Source: a virus
Direction: 5' to 3' (one strand)
IMG/VR virus record: IMGVR_UViG_3300005827_000050
Location: 1-37,729 of that record
Length of the DNA: 37,729 nucleotides
Part shown: piece by piece, positions 1-9,300 of the stretch
Layout: every line of letters starts with the position of its first letter
How positions within the stretch are numbered: the stretch's first letter is position 1
The notes under the pieces: generated by a model
Told to the model about the DNA's origin: nothing
The model's input: only the letters and a program-made list of their open reading frames with translations
Databases searched by the model: none
Translations under genes and position numbers: made by a program

Positions 1-51
1 GCGGATATTTGGGCTGCCTTTGCTCGAGTTGTTGCAAAGGATCCGAGATGA
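1..51 (+). CDS. 3' end of the 47-aa ORF 37517..37660, duplicated by the terminal repeat
   Basis: Reads ...ADIWAAFARVVAKDPR*, the same sequence as 37610..37660. Confidence 0.6.
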   Translation, partial: ADIWAAFARVVAKDPR

Positions 52-120
52 GCTTAGTTAAACAAATCCAATCCGAACGTGTATATGATTACGGAGATGC
101 AAAAGTATCACATCAGTCTA
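1..120. repeat. Terminal direct repeat, copy 1 (identical to 37610..37729)
   Basis: Base-by-base reading: gcggatatttgggctgcc...catcagtcta occurs at both ends of the window. Confidence 0.95.
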
Positions 121-314
121 TCGCCAACTTTTGGAATGAGTATCTATCACGCAAACAGCAAGGTAAATCAATATGGATGTTAGACACTACTGACGTTGCA
201 GTTATGTTATCTCTTATGAAAGTATCCCGTATGGCATATAAGCGTAAACCTGATAGTGTTTTAGATTTTGCTTCATACGCTAATTTTGCGTTACAGTTTG
301 AAAATAAAGGTTAA
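48..314 (+). CDS. DUF6378-like conserved phage protein
   Basis: The ATG at 48 overlaps the upstream stop (ATGA). Motifs RVYDYGD, SIANFWNEYL, DVAVMLSLMKVSR and PDSVLDFASYANFA resemble DUF6378-type phage proteins from memory. The track start at 9 is a TTG inside the upstream ORF. Confidence 0.6.
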   Translation: MSLVKQIQSERVYDYGDAKVSHQSIANFWNEYLSRKQQGKSIWMLDTTDVAVMLSLMKVSRMAYKRKPDSVLDFASYANFALQFENKG

Positions 315-317
315 TAA

Positions 318-503
318 ATGAACTATCAAACATACTGCGCTCAAATGCGTGGGTTACGACAGGAGCCAATGAGTGAAAAACAGTTCAACGAAATGGAGGG
401 GATTAGTACTGAGCCAATCATCCCACCATTAACTATTCGACCTAAAAAAGATGCACGCCCTATTAGCGCAACTATGGAAAATCACACAAAGGTAGAGGGA
501 TAA
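318..503 (+). CDS. hypothetical early protein
   Basis: 61-aa ORF tightly packed in the co-directional gene array. No motif recognised. Confidence 0.5.
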   Translation: MNYQTYCAQMRGLRQEPMSEKQFNEMEGISTEPIIPPLTIRPKKDARPISATMENHTKVEG

Positions 504-506
504 ATT

Positions 507-728
507 ATGGAAGAAACATATACATTTAGTCGTGCGCTTCACATGATGCGATATGGTGGTAAGAAGATGAAACCTATAAATATGATGGACGGACGATGGT
601 ATTATGTGGAGAACAATAAATTATACACAGGTCAAGTTTACGAAATGACTATGCCTAACTTTCCGATTAAAAACACAATGAGCCACGATGAAATAATGGG
701 TTCATGGATTGAGGTAAAAGATGCGTAA
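507..728 (+). CDS. DUF2829-like small protein (Tad2-like candidate)
   Basis: 73 aa. The N-terminal TFSRALHMMRYGGKKMK and C-terminal SHDEIMGSWIEV resemble the F-x-x-AL-x-x-K-x-GKK ... DW-x-IV signature of DUF2829. Confidence 0.5.
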   Translation: MEETYTFSRALHMMRYGGKKMKPINMMDGRWYYVENNKLYTGQVYEMTMPNFPIKNTMSHDEIMGSWIEVKDA

Positions 729-987
729 GCGTCCATGTATGAAATCAGCACGAAAATCGATTGATGAGTTCTTTGCAGAGCCTTATATTATTGTTGAGCG
801 TATCCAAGAGCATTTGCAATCTCTTACACCTGAAAAAGTTTTTCAAGAGGATGTTGGGGCTGAACTTGGAATCCCGCCAAACGTGCTATCGATTCTAAAA
901 ACTCGTAAGGCGCAATCATTCCTACCATTTGCTTTTAAATGGTGCTTAGACAATGGGTTAGATATTTCTAAGTTTTGTGAGCGATGA
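721..987 (+). CDS. putative HTH DNA-binding protein
   Basis: 88 aa. The segment QEDVGAELGIPPNVLSILKTRK looks like a helix-turn-helix. Overlaps the upstream gene by 8 nt. Confidence 0.5.
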   Translation: MRKRPCMKSARKSIDEFFAEPYIIVERIQEHLQSLTPEKVFQEDVGAELGIPPNVLSILKTRKAQSFLPFAFKWCLDNGLDISKFCER

Positions 988-1037
988 ATAACTAATAAAA
1001 ATAAATAGGCAACCGGTGGAAAGGTATCATAGAAAAA

Positions 1038-1517
1038 ATGGGATTAATATCAATTGATGACGCTTGTGAAAAATATGGAATGAATAAAAAAACAATCCAA
1101 TCAAGGAAAACAGCTTATTTTAATGCAATAGGCAATAATCCTGAGTGGTACCATGTGCATAATAGAAGAGCTTACATAGATACAAATTTATTTGAGAGCA
1201 TGGGTAAATTAGAGCGTAAAGTATGGTTATACGCTACCGACAAGTTATGGTTTATTTTTGATGATTTGGGGTTTAACTCTGAAAGATTATCGGAAATTAT
1301 GTCGGAGCATTTCGGGGAACCTATACACACATGGAAAGGTTTTTTTTATAAGTATCTTTTTATGATACCGCCGGATATAATGAATGGGTTAGAAAAATCT
1401 ATGACGATTAAATTTGTGCAGTATGGTACAAGATATATTTATGACATGATTAAAAGTGGTGAATTAGACGAATTACAATTTTTACATGATCGAAAGATCA
1501 CCAAAATCCAATACTAG
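1038..1517 (+). CDS. hypothetical protein with N-terminal HTH-like segment
   Basis: 159 aa. SIDDACEKYGMNKKTIQSRK resembles an excisionase/MerR-type HTH. Confidence 0.5.
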   Translation: MGLISIDDACEKYGMNKKTIQSRKTAYFNAIGNNPEWYHVHNRRAYIDTNLFESMGKLERKVWLYATDKLWFIFDDLGFNSERLSEIMSEHFGEPIHTWKGFFYKYLFMIPPDIMNGLEKSMTIKFVQYGTRYIYDMIKSGELDELQFLHDRKITKIQY

Positions 1518-1592
1518 AAAGGCTTGGAAGTAATTTTTGGCTTCATCATTTAGGTGGTGAGGTCAAAGCGTACAGCTTAAAAAGGAGATAAG

Positions 1593-2006
1593 GTGAAAAA
1601 GTTAAAAGCGTTAGAGATATTGAAATCAAGTTGGCAAGATAGTTTTTATGAATGTGATGTAATTCATGTAGAAAAGGATTATATTAAAGAAGCTATTACA
1701 GAACTAGAAGCACTAGAGCAACGTATCAAAGAGTTAGAAAAAAAAGATAATATTGGATTTCAAGCATTAAATTGTAGTCAATGCCAAGGTGGCGGGTGCC
1801 ATGTATGCGGTGGAAGCGGATTAGTATTTGGTAAAATTTTATATAAATATCATACCGAAGATAAAATATGCGGAAATTGCAATTATAGTCATAAAACTGT
1901 ATATGATGGAGTAATTCTTTGTACAATTGGAGCTCATATATCTGGAAGAAAAGCACTAATGCAAAAAGATCATTTTTTTTGTGCAGATTTTGAACCAAAG
2001 GCTTAA
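1593..2006 (+). CDS. Cys-rich protein with DnaJ-type CxxCxGxG zinc-finger insertion; paralog of 30968..31237
   Basis: GTG start 7 nt after AAGGAG. Contains CSQCQGGGCHVCGGSG. The N-terminus MKKLKALEIL..ITELEAL and C-terminus C..C...FFCADF parallel the 89-aa ORF at 30968..31237. Confidence 0.65.
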   Translation: MKKLKALEILKSSWQDSFYECDVIHVEKDYIKEAITELEALEQRIKELEKKDNIGFQALNCSQCQGGGCHVCGGSGLVFGKILYKYHTEDKICGNCNYSHKTVYDGVILCTIGAHISGRKALMQKDHFFCADFEPKA

Positions 2007-2008
2007 TA

Positions 2009-2206
2009 ATGACACCATTTAGAGATCCACCAAATCATGCACCGAAAATCTATGTATCTCAAAAGATGAGAGCGTTATATTTCGATGCTACCGGGAATTA
2101 TGGAACCGATCACGAAGTACATCAGTGGTATTGGGAGAGTTGTGTTGAGCCTACTTACAACTGTCAAAAGCCTCAGATAGAGCCTGATAATCACCGTCAA
2201 GAGTAA
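2009..2206 (+). CDS. hypothetical protein (uncertain; converges into the o-spanin 3' end)
   Basis: 65-aa ORF starting 3 nt after the previous stop (TAATAATG). Overlaps the minus-strand gene by 56 nt. Confidence 0.3.
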   Translation: MTPFRDPPNHAPKIYVSQKMRALYFDATGNYGTDHEVHQWYWESCVEPTYNCQKPQIEPDNHRQE

Positions 2207-2408
2207 TGTATTTTGTTGCGGCGCATTTAGATAGATTGAAATCGTCTTTAATACTTGCACATGACGGCAATTCAGTCTTTAAAGGCTTTGGAGTTCCGCA
2301 AGGTAGATAAATTACTTCTTTTCCGCACCCACTAAAAAGTAGAGCGAAGAACATCCATAGCATTATCGCAATCACTTTTATTTTGGTCATAAATGAATGT
2401 TGTGACAT
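2151..2408 (-). CDS. o-spanin (outer-membrane lipoprotein, Rz1-like)
   Basis: Signal peptide plus lipobox LLFSGC. The small Cys-containing mature part overlaps the 3' end of the i-spanin gene in another frame. Confidence 0.75.
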   Translation of the reverse strand: MSQHSFMTKIKVIAIMLWMFFALLFSGCGKEVIYLPCGTPKPLKTELPSCASIKDDFNLSKCAATKYITLDGDYQALSEAFDSCK

Positions 2409-2649
2409 ATTGAACCTTTGTTTGGGTTTTGTATTGAATCTCTTTTACTTTCTTTTCGACTTCTACCGTCTTAACTTTTTGTTGCTCTGAATAGTTGCCA
2501 ACAATAGCAAGTTGTTCTTTGGCTGATTGTATGTCACTACGAAGCGTTTTAGCATACCACAGCGTAAGAAGTAGCAATACTAATAGCATTGACGCAATGG
2601 TAGATAAAATCACGATAGCGTATGTTTTAAGCCAATCAAACATTATCAA
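2332..2649 (-). CDS. i-spanin (Rz-like)
   Basis: N-terminal TM segment (YAIVILSTIASMLLVLLLLTLW) followed by a charged coiled-coil-like region. Sits at the end of the lysis cassette. Confidence 0.75.
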   Translation of the reverse strand: MIMFDWLKTYAIVILSTIASMLLVLLLLTLWYAKTLRSDIQSAKEQLAIVGNYSEQQKVKTVEVEKKVKEIQYKTQTKVQYVTTFIYDQNKSDCDNAMDVLRSTF

Positions 2650-2866
2650 TCCCTTTGTCGGGGTTAAACTTCAAGGCAACTCCTACCCCTGCTATAACCG
2701 CCCCTAGCCCCATTCCGAAACTCTGAGCATCAAAAGCCCCTGATTTATAAACAACATATCCCTCTGAACCCAAAAATTGAATTAGTGATACTACAGCAAG
2801 AACACGGACTATATCATAAGTTGAATTATCGCTTAATGTAAGAAGGTGCTTTAAGAATGTTGGCAT
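2636..2866 (-). CDS. small two-TM membrane protein (holin/antiholin-like)
   Basis: The ATG at 2866 overlaps the endolysin stop (TAATG). Two hydrophobic segments. The track start at 2884 would overlap the endolysin gene by 19 nt. Confidence 0.55.
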   Translation of the reverse strand: MPTFLKHLLTLSDNSTYDIVRVLAVVSLIQFLGSEGYVVYKSGAFDAQSFGMGLGAVIAGVGVALKFNPDKGIDNV

Positions 2867-3324
2867 TATGCTATCCTTGTCCAAGTTTTATTACCATCGT
2901 TTGAAGTCCAAAAGCCCCGATAATCTCCAGCACTCATAGATACCTCAACATGAAGCCATGAACCCTCTTGTAATACTTTGCGAAGATCAGGCAATAGACC
3001 TGCACTTTTAGCATTCATAAGAATTTTAAATGCTTCATTTACTGTCATATTAGCTGGAGTAATATCCGCCGCCTCAAACTTTAAATGAGCCGATGAAACT
3101 GCTTTACTTCCTACCGCTGCATTCAAGGATGAATTACGAAACCCACTATTAATTTTCAATGGTGCATCACGTAAAATATGTCTAATACTTTCAAGCAGTT
3201 TAGATAATCGCTTACCAGCTAATAAATACTTTTGTGCTTCAATACGATTTTGCGCTACTAACTCAGGATGGTTTACGCTATTTGTAAGTTCCTCAAATGA
3301 GAAATGTTCGCTAAATGATTCCAT
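2866..3324 (-). CDS. endolysin, peptidase M15 family (zinc D-Ala-D-Ala carboxypeptidase-like fold)
   Basis: FSFEELTNS, INSGFRNSSLNAAVG, SAH and EAADI match the M15 peptidase layout (SGxR..LN..VGG..S.H..G.AxD). AAGGAG RBS upstream. Confidence 0.8.
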   Translation of the reverse strand: MESFSEHFSFEELTNSVNHPELVAQNRIEAQKYLLAGKRLSKLLESIRHILRDAPLKINSGFRNSSLNAAVGSKAVSSAHLKFEAADITPANMTVNEAFKILMNAKSAGLLPDLRKVLQEGSWLHVEVSMSAGDYRGFWTSNDGNKTWTRIA

Positions 3325-3410
3325 ATTGTCTCCTTAATTATCGTGCAATAAAGCACACAAATAACGCTACGGCACCCATATATATTAGGTAGTGCTTGAT
3401 ACGTGAGCAT

Positions 3411-3728
3411 TTAAATAGTGGCATCTTTTACCCCCAAAAATGATTTAACACGGTTTGATATAGCTTTAGGCAAAACTGCAATTAAAAAGGCAATAATCTC
3501 AACCGATATAAGCGTTGACATAGCAATCATAGCTGTTGCAATCTTGCTTTGTGGGTCAATATTTGCCAACTCTATAGCTGCTGGAGTTAAATACCATCCG
3601 ACGAATAGCGTTGCTATTATTACAGTCAGAACTAATCTAACCCCGATCTTACCCCCCATTAATAGCTGTAGTAACATACCAAAAATTAATGCAGTAGTAG
3701 TTTGTGTATCCCAGAAAATCTGTGGCAT
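3411..3728 (-). CDS. holin-like membrane protein (about 3 TM segments)
   Basis: 105 aa, strongly hydrophobic with a charged C-terminus, immediately upstream of the endolysin gene. Confidence 0.6.
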   Translation of the reverse strand: MPQIFWDTQTTTALIFGMLLQLLMGGKIGVRLVLTVIIATLFVGWYLTPAAIELANIDPQSKIATAMIAMSTLISVEIIAFLIAVLPKAISNRVKSFLGVKDATI

Positions 3729-3729
3729 A

Positions 3730-4047
3730 TTATGTTCCAGCTGGATATGATGGAATAATCGGCAAAGTTGTGCTGATAGTATCTATACCACTGACTATAT
3801 CACGCAATGATTTTGTATAAGTCTGCCAGTCAAGTGGAAATTTTACCCCTGCTTTTAGGCATCTCAATGCTACTAAATCAGTTTTATCAAGCTCGATTTG
3901 TGCGTTAATTTTTATCAAATCATGAATTTGATTTGCTTCAAGTTCTATAACTTGTTCAGGAGTTGCGACAACATATCCGATTTGAAAATCGGTATCTTTG
4001 CCCATTAAAATACCATCTTGATTAATATATCTTTTAATTTCTTCCAT
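3730..4047 (-). CDS. tail fibre assembly/chaperone protein
   Basis: The ATG at 4047 is preceded by GGAGAGGA and starts 3 nt after the fibre stop. The C-terminal DLVALRCLKAGVKFPLDWQTYTKSLRDI resembles tail fibre assembly (DUF4376-like) proteins. Confidence 0.6.
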   Translation of the reverse strand: MEEIKRYINQDGILMGKDTDFQIGYVVATPEQVIELEANQIHDLIKINAQIELDKTDLVALRCLKAGVKFPLDWQTYTKSLRDIVSGIDTISTTLPIIPSYPAGT

Positions 4048-4049
4048 GA

Positions 4050-5435
4050 TTAAAATCCTCTCCATGCTTTCATTTTATATGACCAATCTGCGGCGGTCAT
4101 AAAGGTGAAGTTTGTCCCATTTTTATATGATGACCCCCATCCATTCTGACCAGCTGTGATTTGATAAGCATTAATGCTTGTTCTAACTACGTTATTTGTA
4201 ACTATCCCCGAAGCTCCAAACGCAGGAGTAAGGTCAATAATGTCTCCAACTGCATATCCCAGATCGATTGTTGTACATAGGGCTAACTCTTTATGCTCAA
4301 CTTCTTTATATCCGATATTGTGATTTTTGCTTACCTGAGTAGAAGCAGATGGCAAGGTAGCTATCCATGGAGTTTCATATCTGCCGTTAAGTGCATATGT
4401 CACAACACTTGTGACAGTTGATGCTCCTGTTACAGCTTCACCAATAGGCACACGCCATGATTGAGGAGCAGTTGAACCGTTTCCAGTATACCCAGTCATT
4501 TGACCGATATTAAATGTGATTAGGTTATTTGTAGTAGCTGGTGTTCCGCCAAATTGTTCTAAGTGTGCGACTGTGTTTGCCGATAGCGTAACTGTTCCGT
4601 TTGTTGCTACATCGGCGTATAGGTAGTTAGTTGCATTTGCGGTAAGACCTGAGATTGTAGTATCTGCGCTAATTGTACCGATACGATCATTTGATACTTT
4701 CCCCCCTGCCGCATGAATTGTTATAGGGACGGTTGTTGCGGCAATATTTACAGCAAGCCCTGTTCCGATTGATATGAAGTTAGCATAACCATTTGAGTCC
4801 ACGGAACCTGATTGAACAGTTTGACGTACTCCAGTGATAGTAGGTATTAATAAATCACCACTTCCTAAAAGTGCAGTACCATTTACAGTTTTTATGCTAG
4901 TACCTGATACAAGAATAGTTTGATAAAATGTGTCAAAATAGGTCTTCATAGTAGCTTTTAAATTTGCCCATGTAAGTTTCTTTAATGAGAATGATGATGA
5001 GCTATCAATTAAAGGTAATTCATCTGCATCTACTGGAGTTGTTTTTGAAGTAGATGCGTGAGTTAGTGAAGCAATTCCTGCCCCTTTCCACGAAGTAGGT
5101 TCGCTTATAGGGTTATTTGATGTATTTATAATACAAATATAATCAGATCCGCTATAAGTCCATGACTCCCCTATTAATGCAGAAGATACCCCTTGCACAA
5201 ATGTGCCTTTATAGTTTGCTGCTGTTGAAGCCACATTAGCACTATTTAAAGCGATTTGTGTATTACTATTAACCTCTACTGCTACTATGTTCATCTCATT
5301 ACCCATTGAGTTCATTTGAGTAATACGTGAATTTTCCTCGCTTAAACGTGAGTCCATATCGGAAGAAAACGTAAGCGGATTTTGCCTAGATGGTGTGTGA
5401 GTAAACAATGAAATAAAAGTAGAAATTACACTCAT
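4050..5435 (-). CDS. tail fibre / receptor-binding protein
   Basis: 461 aa, rich in Ser/Thr/Gly/Asn. Lies between the tail tip protein and the fibre chaperone. Confidence 0.7.
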   Translation of the reverse strand: MSVISTFISLFTHTPSRQNPLTFSSDMDSRLSEENSRITQMNSMGNEMNIVAVEVNSNTQIALNSANVASTAANYKGTFVQGVSSALIGESWTYSGSDYICIINTSNNPISEPTSWKGAGIASLTHASTSKTTPVDADELPLIDSSSSFSLKKLTWANLKATMKTYFDTFYQTILVSGTSIKTVNGTALLGSGDLLIPTITGVRQTVQSGSVDSNGYANFISIGTGLAVNIAATTVPITIHAAGGKVSNDRIGTISADTTISGLTANATNYLYADVATNGTVTLSANTVAHLEQFGGTPATTNNLITFNIGQMTGYTGNGSTAPQSWRVPIGEAVTGASTVTSVVTYALNGRYETPWIATLPSASTQVSKNHNIGYKEVEHKELALCTTIDLGYAVGDIIDLTPAFGASGIVTNNVVRTSINAYQITAGQNGWGSSYKNGTNFTFMTAADWSYKMKAWRGF

Positions 5436-5467
5436 TTAATATCCTTTAATATGAAATTTTAACATAC

Positions 5468-6376
5468 TTATAAAATGCCTTTTATAGTAGTTGAAACATA
5501 AGAGTAATTTATCCCTCTATGAGTTGTAGTGAAATCTTGCCAAGTCCCATATGTTAGTAAATTCTCTACATTTGAGTTAATAGTTTCATCCATAATAAAA
5601 AGACATGGTATAGCATCTAAATCTATAATCTTTCTCTTATGGTTTGGTATAAGTTCAGTTTGTACACGTACTTGAAAAGTATCAAGATTGACGGCTCCTA
5701 TATGGGTTGCTGTATATTCTCCGAAAACATTTATATTCCGTATTGAATAAGATTCTAGTCCAAGACTTCCGCCCATTGCAGTATCTCCAACAAAATAACT
5801 GCGACCGAATACTAAACGACCAATCTTTGCATAGTATCCAGTAGTATTAGTAAGAGTAATTTTGAGTTTTGCCCCATTTCCATAAATAGGTAATACTTTT
5901 AGACTACTTCTTGAAAATTTAAAAGGGTTAAAGCAATATGTAAAAAAATCTACAACACTACTCTCATCTTGAAGTGATTGTGAAATAGTATAAACTACAT
6001 TCCCTAGTGAATCTTTTAATTCATAAGCAACGCTGATCCCATCAATATCAAGAAGTGCTACATAATCATAGTTATCATCTGCTATCTCTATGACTATCTG
6101 ATTCATTACAGCAGTTTGTGAGTCTGTACGACCGTCAAGCATAGCATAGTAGTTAGATGGTCGCATTAATACCCAAGGACATAATGGGTCTGTCTGTAGG
6201 AATGTTGAAGGTGATGCGGTTGTATTGGTTAAATCAGCTCCGCTATAGGCATAAATATAATGACCGTCTCTTGCTTCACTCCCATATGAGTATACTGATC
6301 CACTACTCCAAGCCGTTTCTGTTTCGCTAAAATTTGCAGTAATATAACTTGTTACTTTATTTTCTACTATTGTCAT
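5468..6376 (-). CDS. minor/distal tail protein
   Basis: 302 aa. Its start overlaps the tape measure stop (6376). Call is based on position. Confidence 0.6.
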   Translation of the reverse strand: MTIVENKVTSYITANFSETETAWSSGSVYSYGSEARDGHYIYAYSGADLTNTTASPSTFLQTDPLCPWVLMRPSNYYAMLDGRTDSQTAVMNQIVIEIADDNYDYVALLDIDGISVAYELKDSLGNVVYTISQSLQDESSVVDFFTYCFNPFKFSRSSLKVLPIYGNGAKLKITLTNTTGYYAKIGRLVFGRSYFVGDTAMGGSLGLESYSIRNINVFGEYTATHIGAVNLDTFQVRVQTELIPNHKRKIIDLDAIPCLFIMDETINSNVENLLTYGTWQDFTTTHRGINYSYVSTTIKGIL

Positions 6377-9300
6377 TATGCTACCTCTACAATAATTGCA
6401 TTACCATTTGTAACTGCTCTCATAAGCTGATTAAGTTTAATAATTTCCTGATTCATACTATTCATAGCCTCCATAATACTTAGGTTTGTGTTTACTACTG
6501 CCGTATTAGTATCTGTCGATGTAGCAGTAGCGTTTACTGTTGTACTATTACCAGTATAAATTGTAGGTGTGTATGTAGTGTTATTGGTTGGCATAGTTCC
6601 ATAAGTTCTATGTGCTCCAAATGAAACTGCACGTGCTAATTGCAATGCTGTAACTCTTGAAGCTTGCAGTGCTTGATTAGCTTGTTTCTGTGCTTCATTT
6701 TGAGCCTCTATCGCTTTTGTATAAGCATCGGAACTATTAGCTGCATTTTTTAGAGCATCCCCTAAACTTTGCCATTGCTGTATTGTTTCTGGGGTAAAAC
6801 TTCCTTTTACTGCTTGATTATATTTATCAATATAATTTTCAAGCGTAACCCCATTTGTACCAATTAAAGATTCAACAGCATTAAGGTCTTTTTTTGCCCA
6901 CTCAGACTGAAGTTTTAGAGATTCTAAAGTATTACCACTTCGCTCTAAAGTATAAACTTCAAATCCTCTTTTATATTGTAGAAAATTAGTTATAGTAGTA
7001 GAAAATGCCTCTTGAATTGCTACTCCCATTTTTCCGGCTAACTCACTCCAAGAATTGTAGAAAGTATCTGTTAGGGATTTATTATCTATAAATGCTCGTA
7101 TAAAAGCCTTGTCAATCTCATTAAAAAATGATGTACCTGAATACTTACCTGCACGTACAATAATATCATCAACCCCGCCAAGTTGACCAAGCAAATAATC
7201 ATATGTTGTGAATATTGCCATGATTGACTTAGATTCTTTTTCGCTTAATCCAGTATATTCAGTCCATGATCTAGATTTAAACCAAGATTTTTTATTGTAA
7301 TCGATAAAAGAGCTAATAGCCCCTGCCCCTGATTCTGTATTAATATCAGAAAATGCTTGAATACCTGACCCAGTGACTTTTGTTTTACCGAACATCCCCC
7401 CGATAACTGAACCAAGAGCTGCACCGATACCCGCTCCTATTGCAGTTCCTACACCTGGAAGAATTATGGTTCCTGCTACTCCTCCAATTCCTCCTCCTAT
7501 TGCTCCTCCTACTCCTGCTTTGGTGTTTGCACCAAATAACTTATCTCCAATTGAACCTAAAGCATATCCACCAAGAGCACCTACACCTGCACCGCCTAAA
7601 AGCTGACCAGCTCCCATTGCGCCCATCCCAGCAAATTCTCCACCTGTAAAAACAGAACCCGCTCCTATCCCAAAGTTAGATATCCCTGCCGCTGTGCCAG
7701 TTAGCCCAAGCGCTTGTGCTCCTCCTGCCAAATATTGAAAACCAGTAGCGATATTAGCCCCAATAGCCGCTAATCCTCCAGTTAAAACTTGATAAGCTGT
7801 ATTAATAGATGAAGCTGTGCTTACTATATCCCCTACATTTCCAAGATTATCACTGCCAGCCTTTGTAATTTGTCCTGCCGCATCGTATACAGTACCACCC
7901 GCTGTAGTTGTAAACCCTGCTGAGTCAGTAGTTACACCTTGCAATACGCTTCCAGCTGATAATCCAAGCCCTGCAAGTAATGAAGAACCTCCAGAAGCAT
8001 TTCCAATGATCATAGATTTTAATCCGCCTATCAATGAGTTTGACAACATAGAAGAGGCAGAACGAGCGATAGAAGTAGTAAGTGAAGACCAAAAGTCTTT
8101 TAACCAATTTCCGAACTTATCCCACTTGCCAGTCATAGTGTCGAAGATTTGCTTATCCATAGCTTTTTCAATACCATCAAACATATCAATCCAGAACTTA
8201 TTACGCTCCTCAAATTCTTTTTGGCGCATTTCTGAAAGTTTTTTAGCATCTTCCATCTCTTTTTTAATGCGTTCTTCATTTGTTTTTTTAAGTTCTTTAG
8301 CGGTTTCATCATCAAGTGAAATAACGGATTGTGAAGCCCACTCAGCGATCATTACAGTATCTTGACCGCTCTTTAGTTTAGCCGTTGTCTCGTTTGCAAT
8401 ATCACGTAATTTATTCTCGTATGTGCCGTGAGTTAGCTTGAATATTTGATCTTCCGTTTTTTCGGTTTCTTCGATTAGTTTTTGAGACGCTCTTTTTTCT
8501 TGATCTTCTTTCTGCTTATCATCTCTATCTTTTTGTGCCTTAATTCTTTTATTTTCACGTTCTTGTTCTATAAGTGCTTTTTTACGCTGTTCCACACTTA
8601 ATTTATCAAGTTCTACTTGTTTAGACTTTGCCTCTAATGCTTTTGCATCTGCTATGTTTCTATCATACTGTTTAGTAATAGATACCATTTTTTGATTAAC
8701 TTCAACTTCTGTTAATCCAATTGCAATTAGTGATTTTTTAGCCTTTAATAGCGATGCAGTTCTTTTTTCTTCTTCTGTAGCTTTTGCTTTATCTGATGCG
8801 CTCATAAACTTTGATTGTTCTGCTATTTGTTTTGCTATTTCAGCTTCTTCTTTTTCTATTTTTAATCGTCTTTGTAGAGCTTCTGCATGAGCGTTTATGT
8901 TAGCTACAAATGTACGATCATCTTTAACGGATTGAGGTGTGAAAAAGTCCTGGGCTTTTCCCAGTAATTTTGCTCCTGTTGAAATATTTGTACCAACATT
9001 TGCAGCTACTACTTGAGATAATTTGCCCATTACCCCTATAGCTTTTTGCCCAATAGTTTCTAGCTGAGAAATGCCCTCTTTATGAGTATTAATCCATGCC
9101 GACATAGCTCTGCTATTGCTTATTAAATCATCCGTAAATGATCCAGTACCGCTGCTTAATTCTGTAATTGCATCTGCAAGCATCCCACTTGAGCCAGTCG
9201 CATCGTCAAACTTTGATATTGCATCTGATAGATTATTTTTTAGAATTTGAAATGCTCCGCTAACGGTATGAGGCATTTGTCTTGCTTCTGCTTCTAAGTC

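Noticed and set aside
1726-3750. Shadow ORFs opposite real genes (1726..1998, 2075..2260, 2495..2707, 3418..3750)
   Set aside because: Each is antisense to a gene with recognisable features (zinc-finger protein, spanins, holin). They have Leu/Ile/Phe/Ser-rich compositions typical of antisense frames in AT-rich DNA.
7373-8365. Antisense ORFs inside the tape measure gene (7373..7606, 7440..7649, 7817..8365, 7925..8107, 8133..8315)
   Set aside because: They lie entirely within a 1270-aa gene with clear tape measure motifs. Their products are low-complexity mirror images of Gly/Ala or Lys/Glu runs, and they have no RBS.
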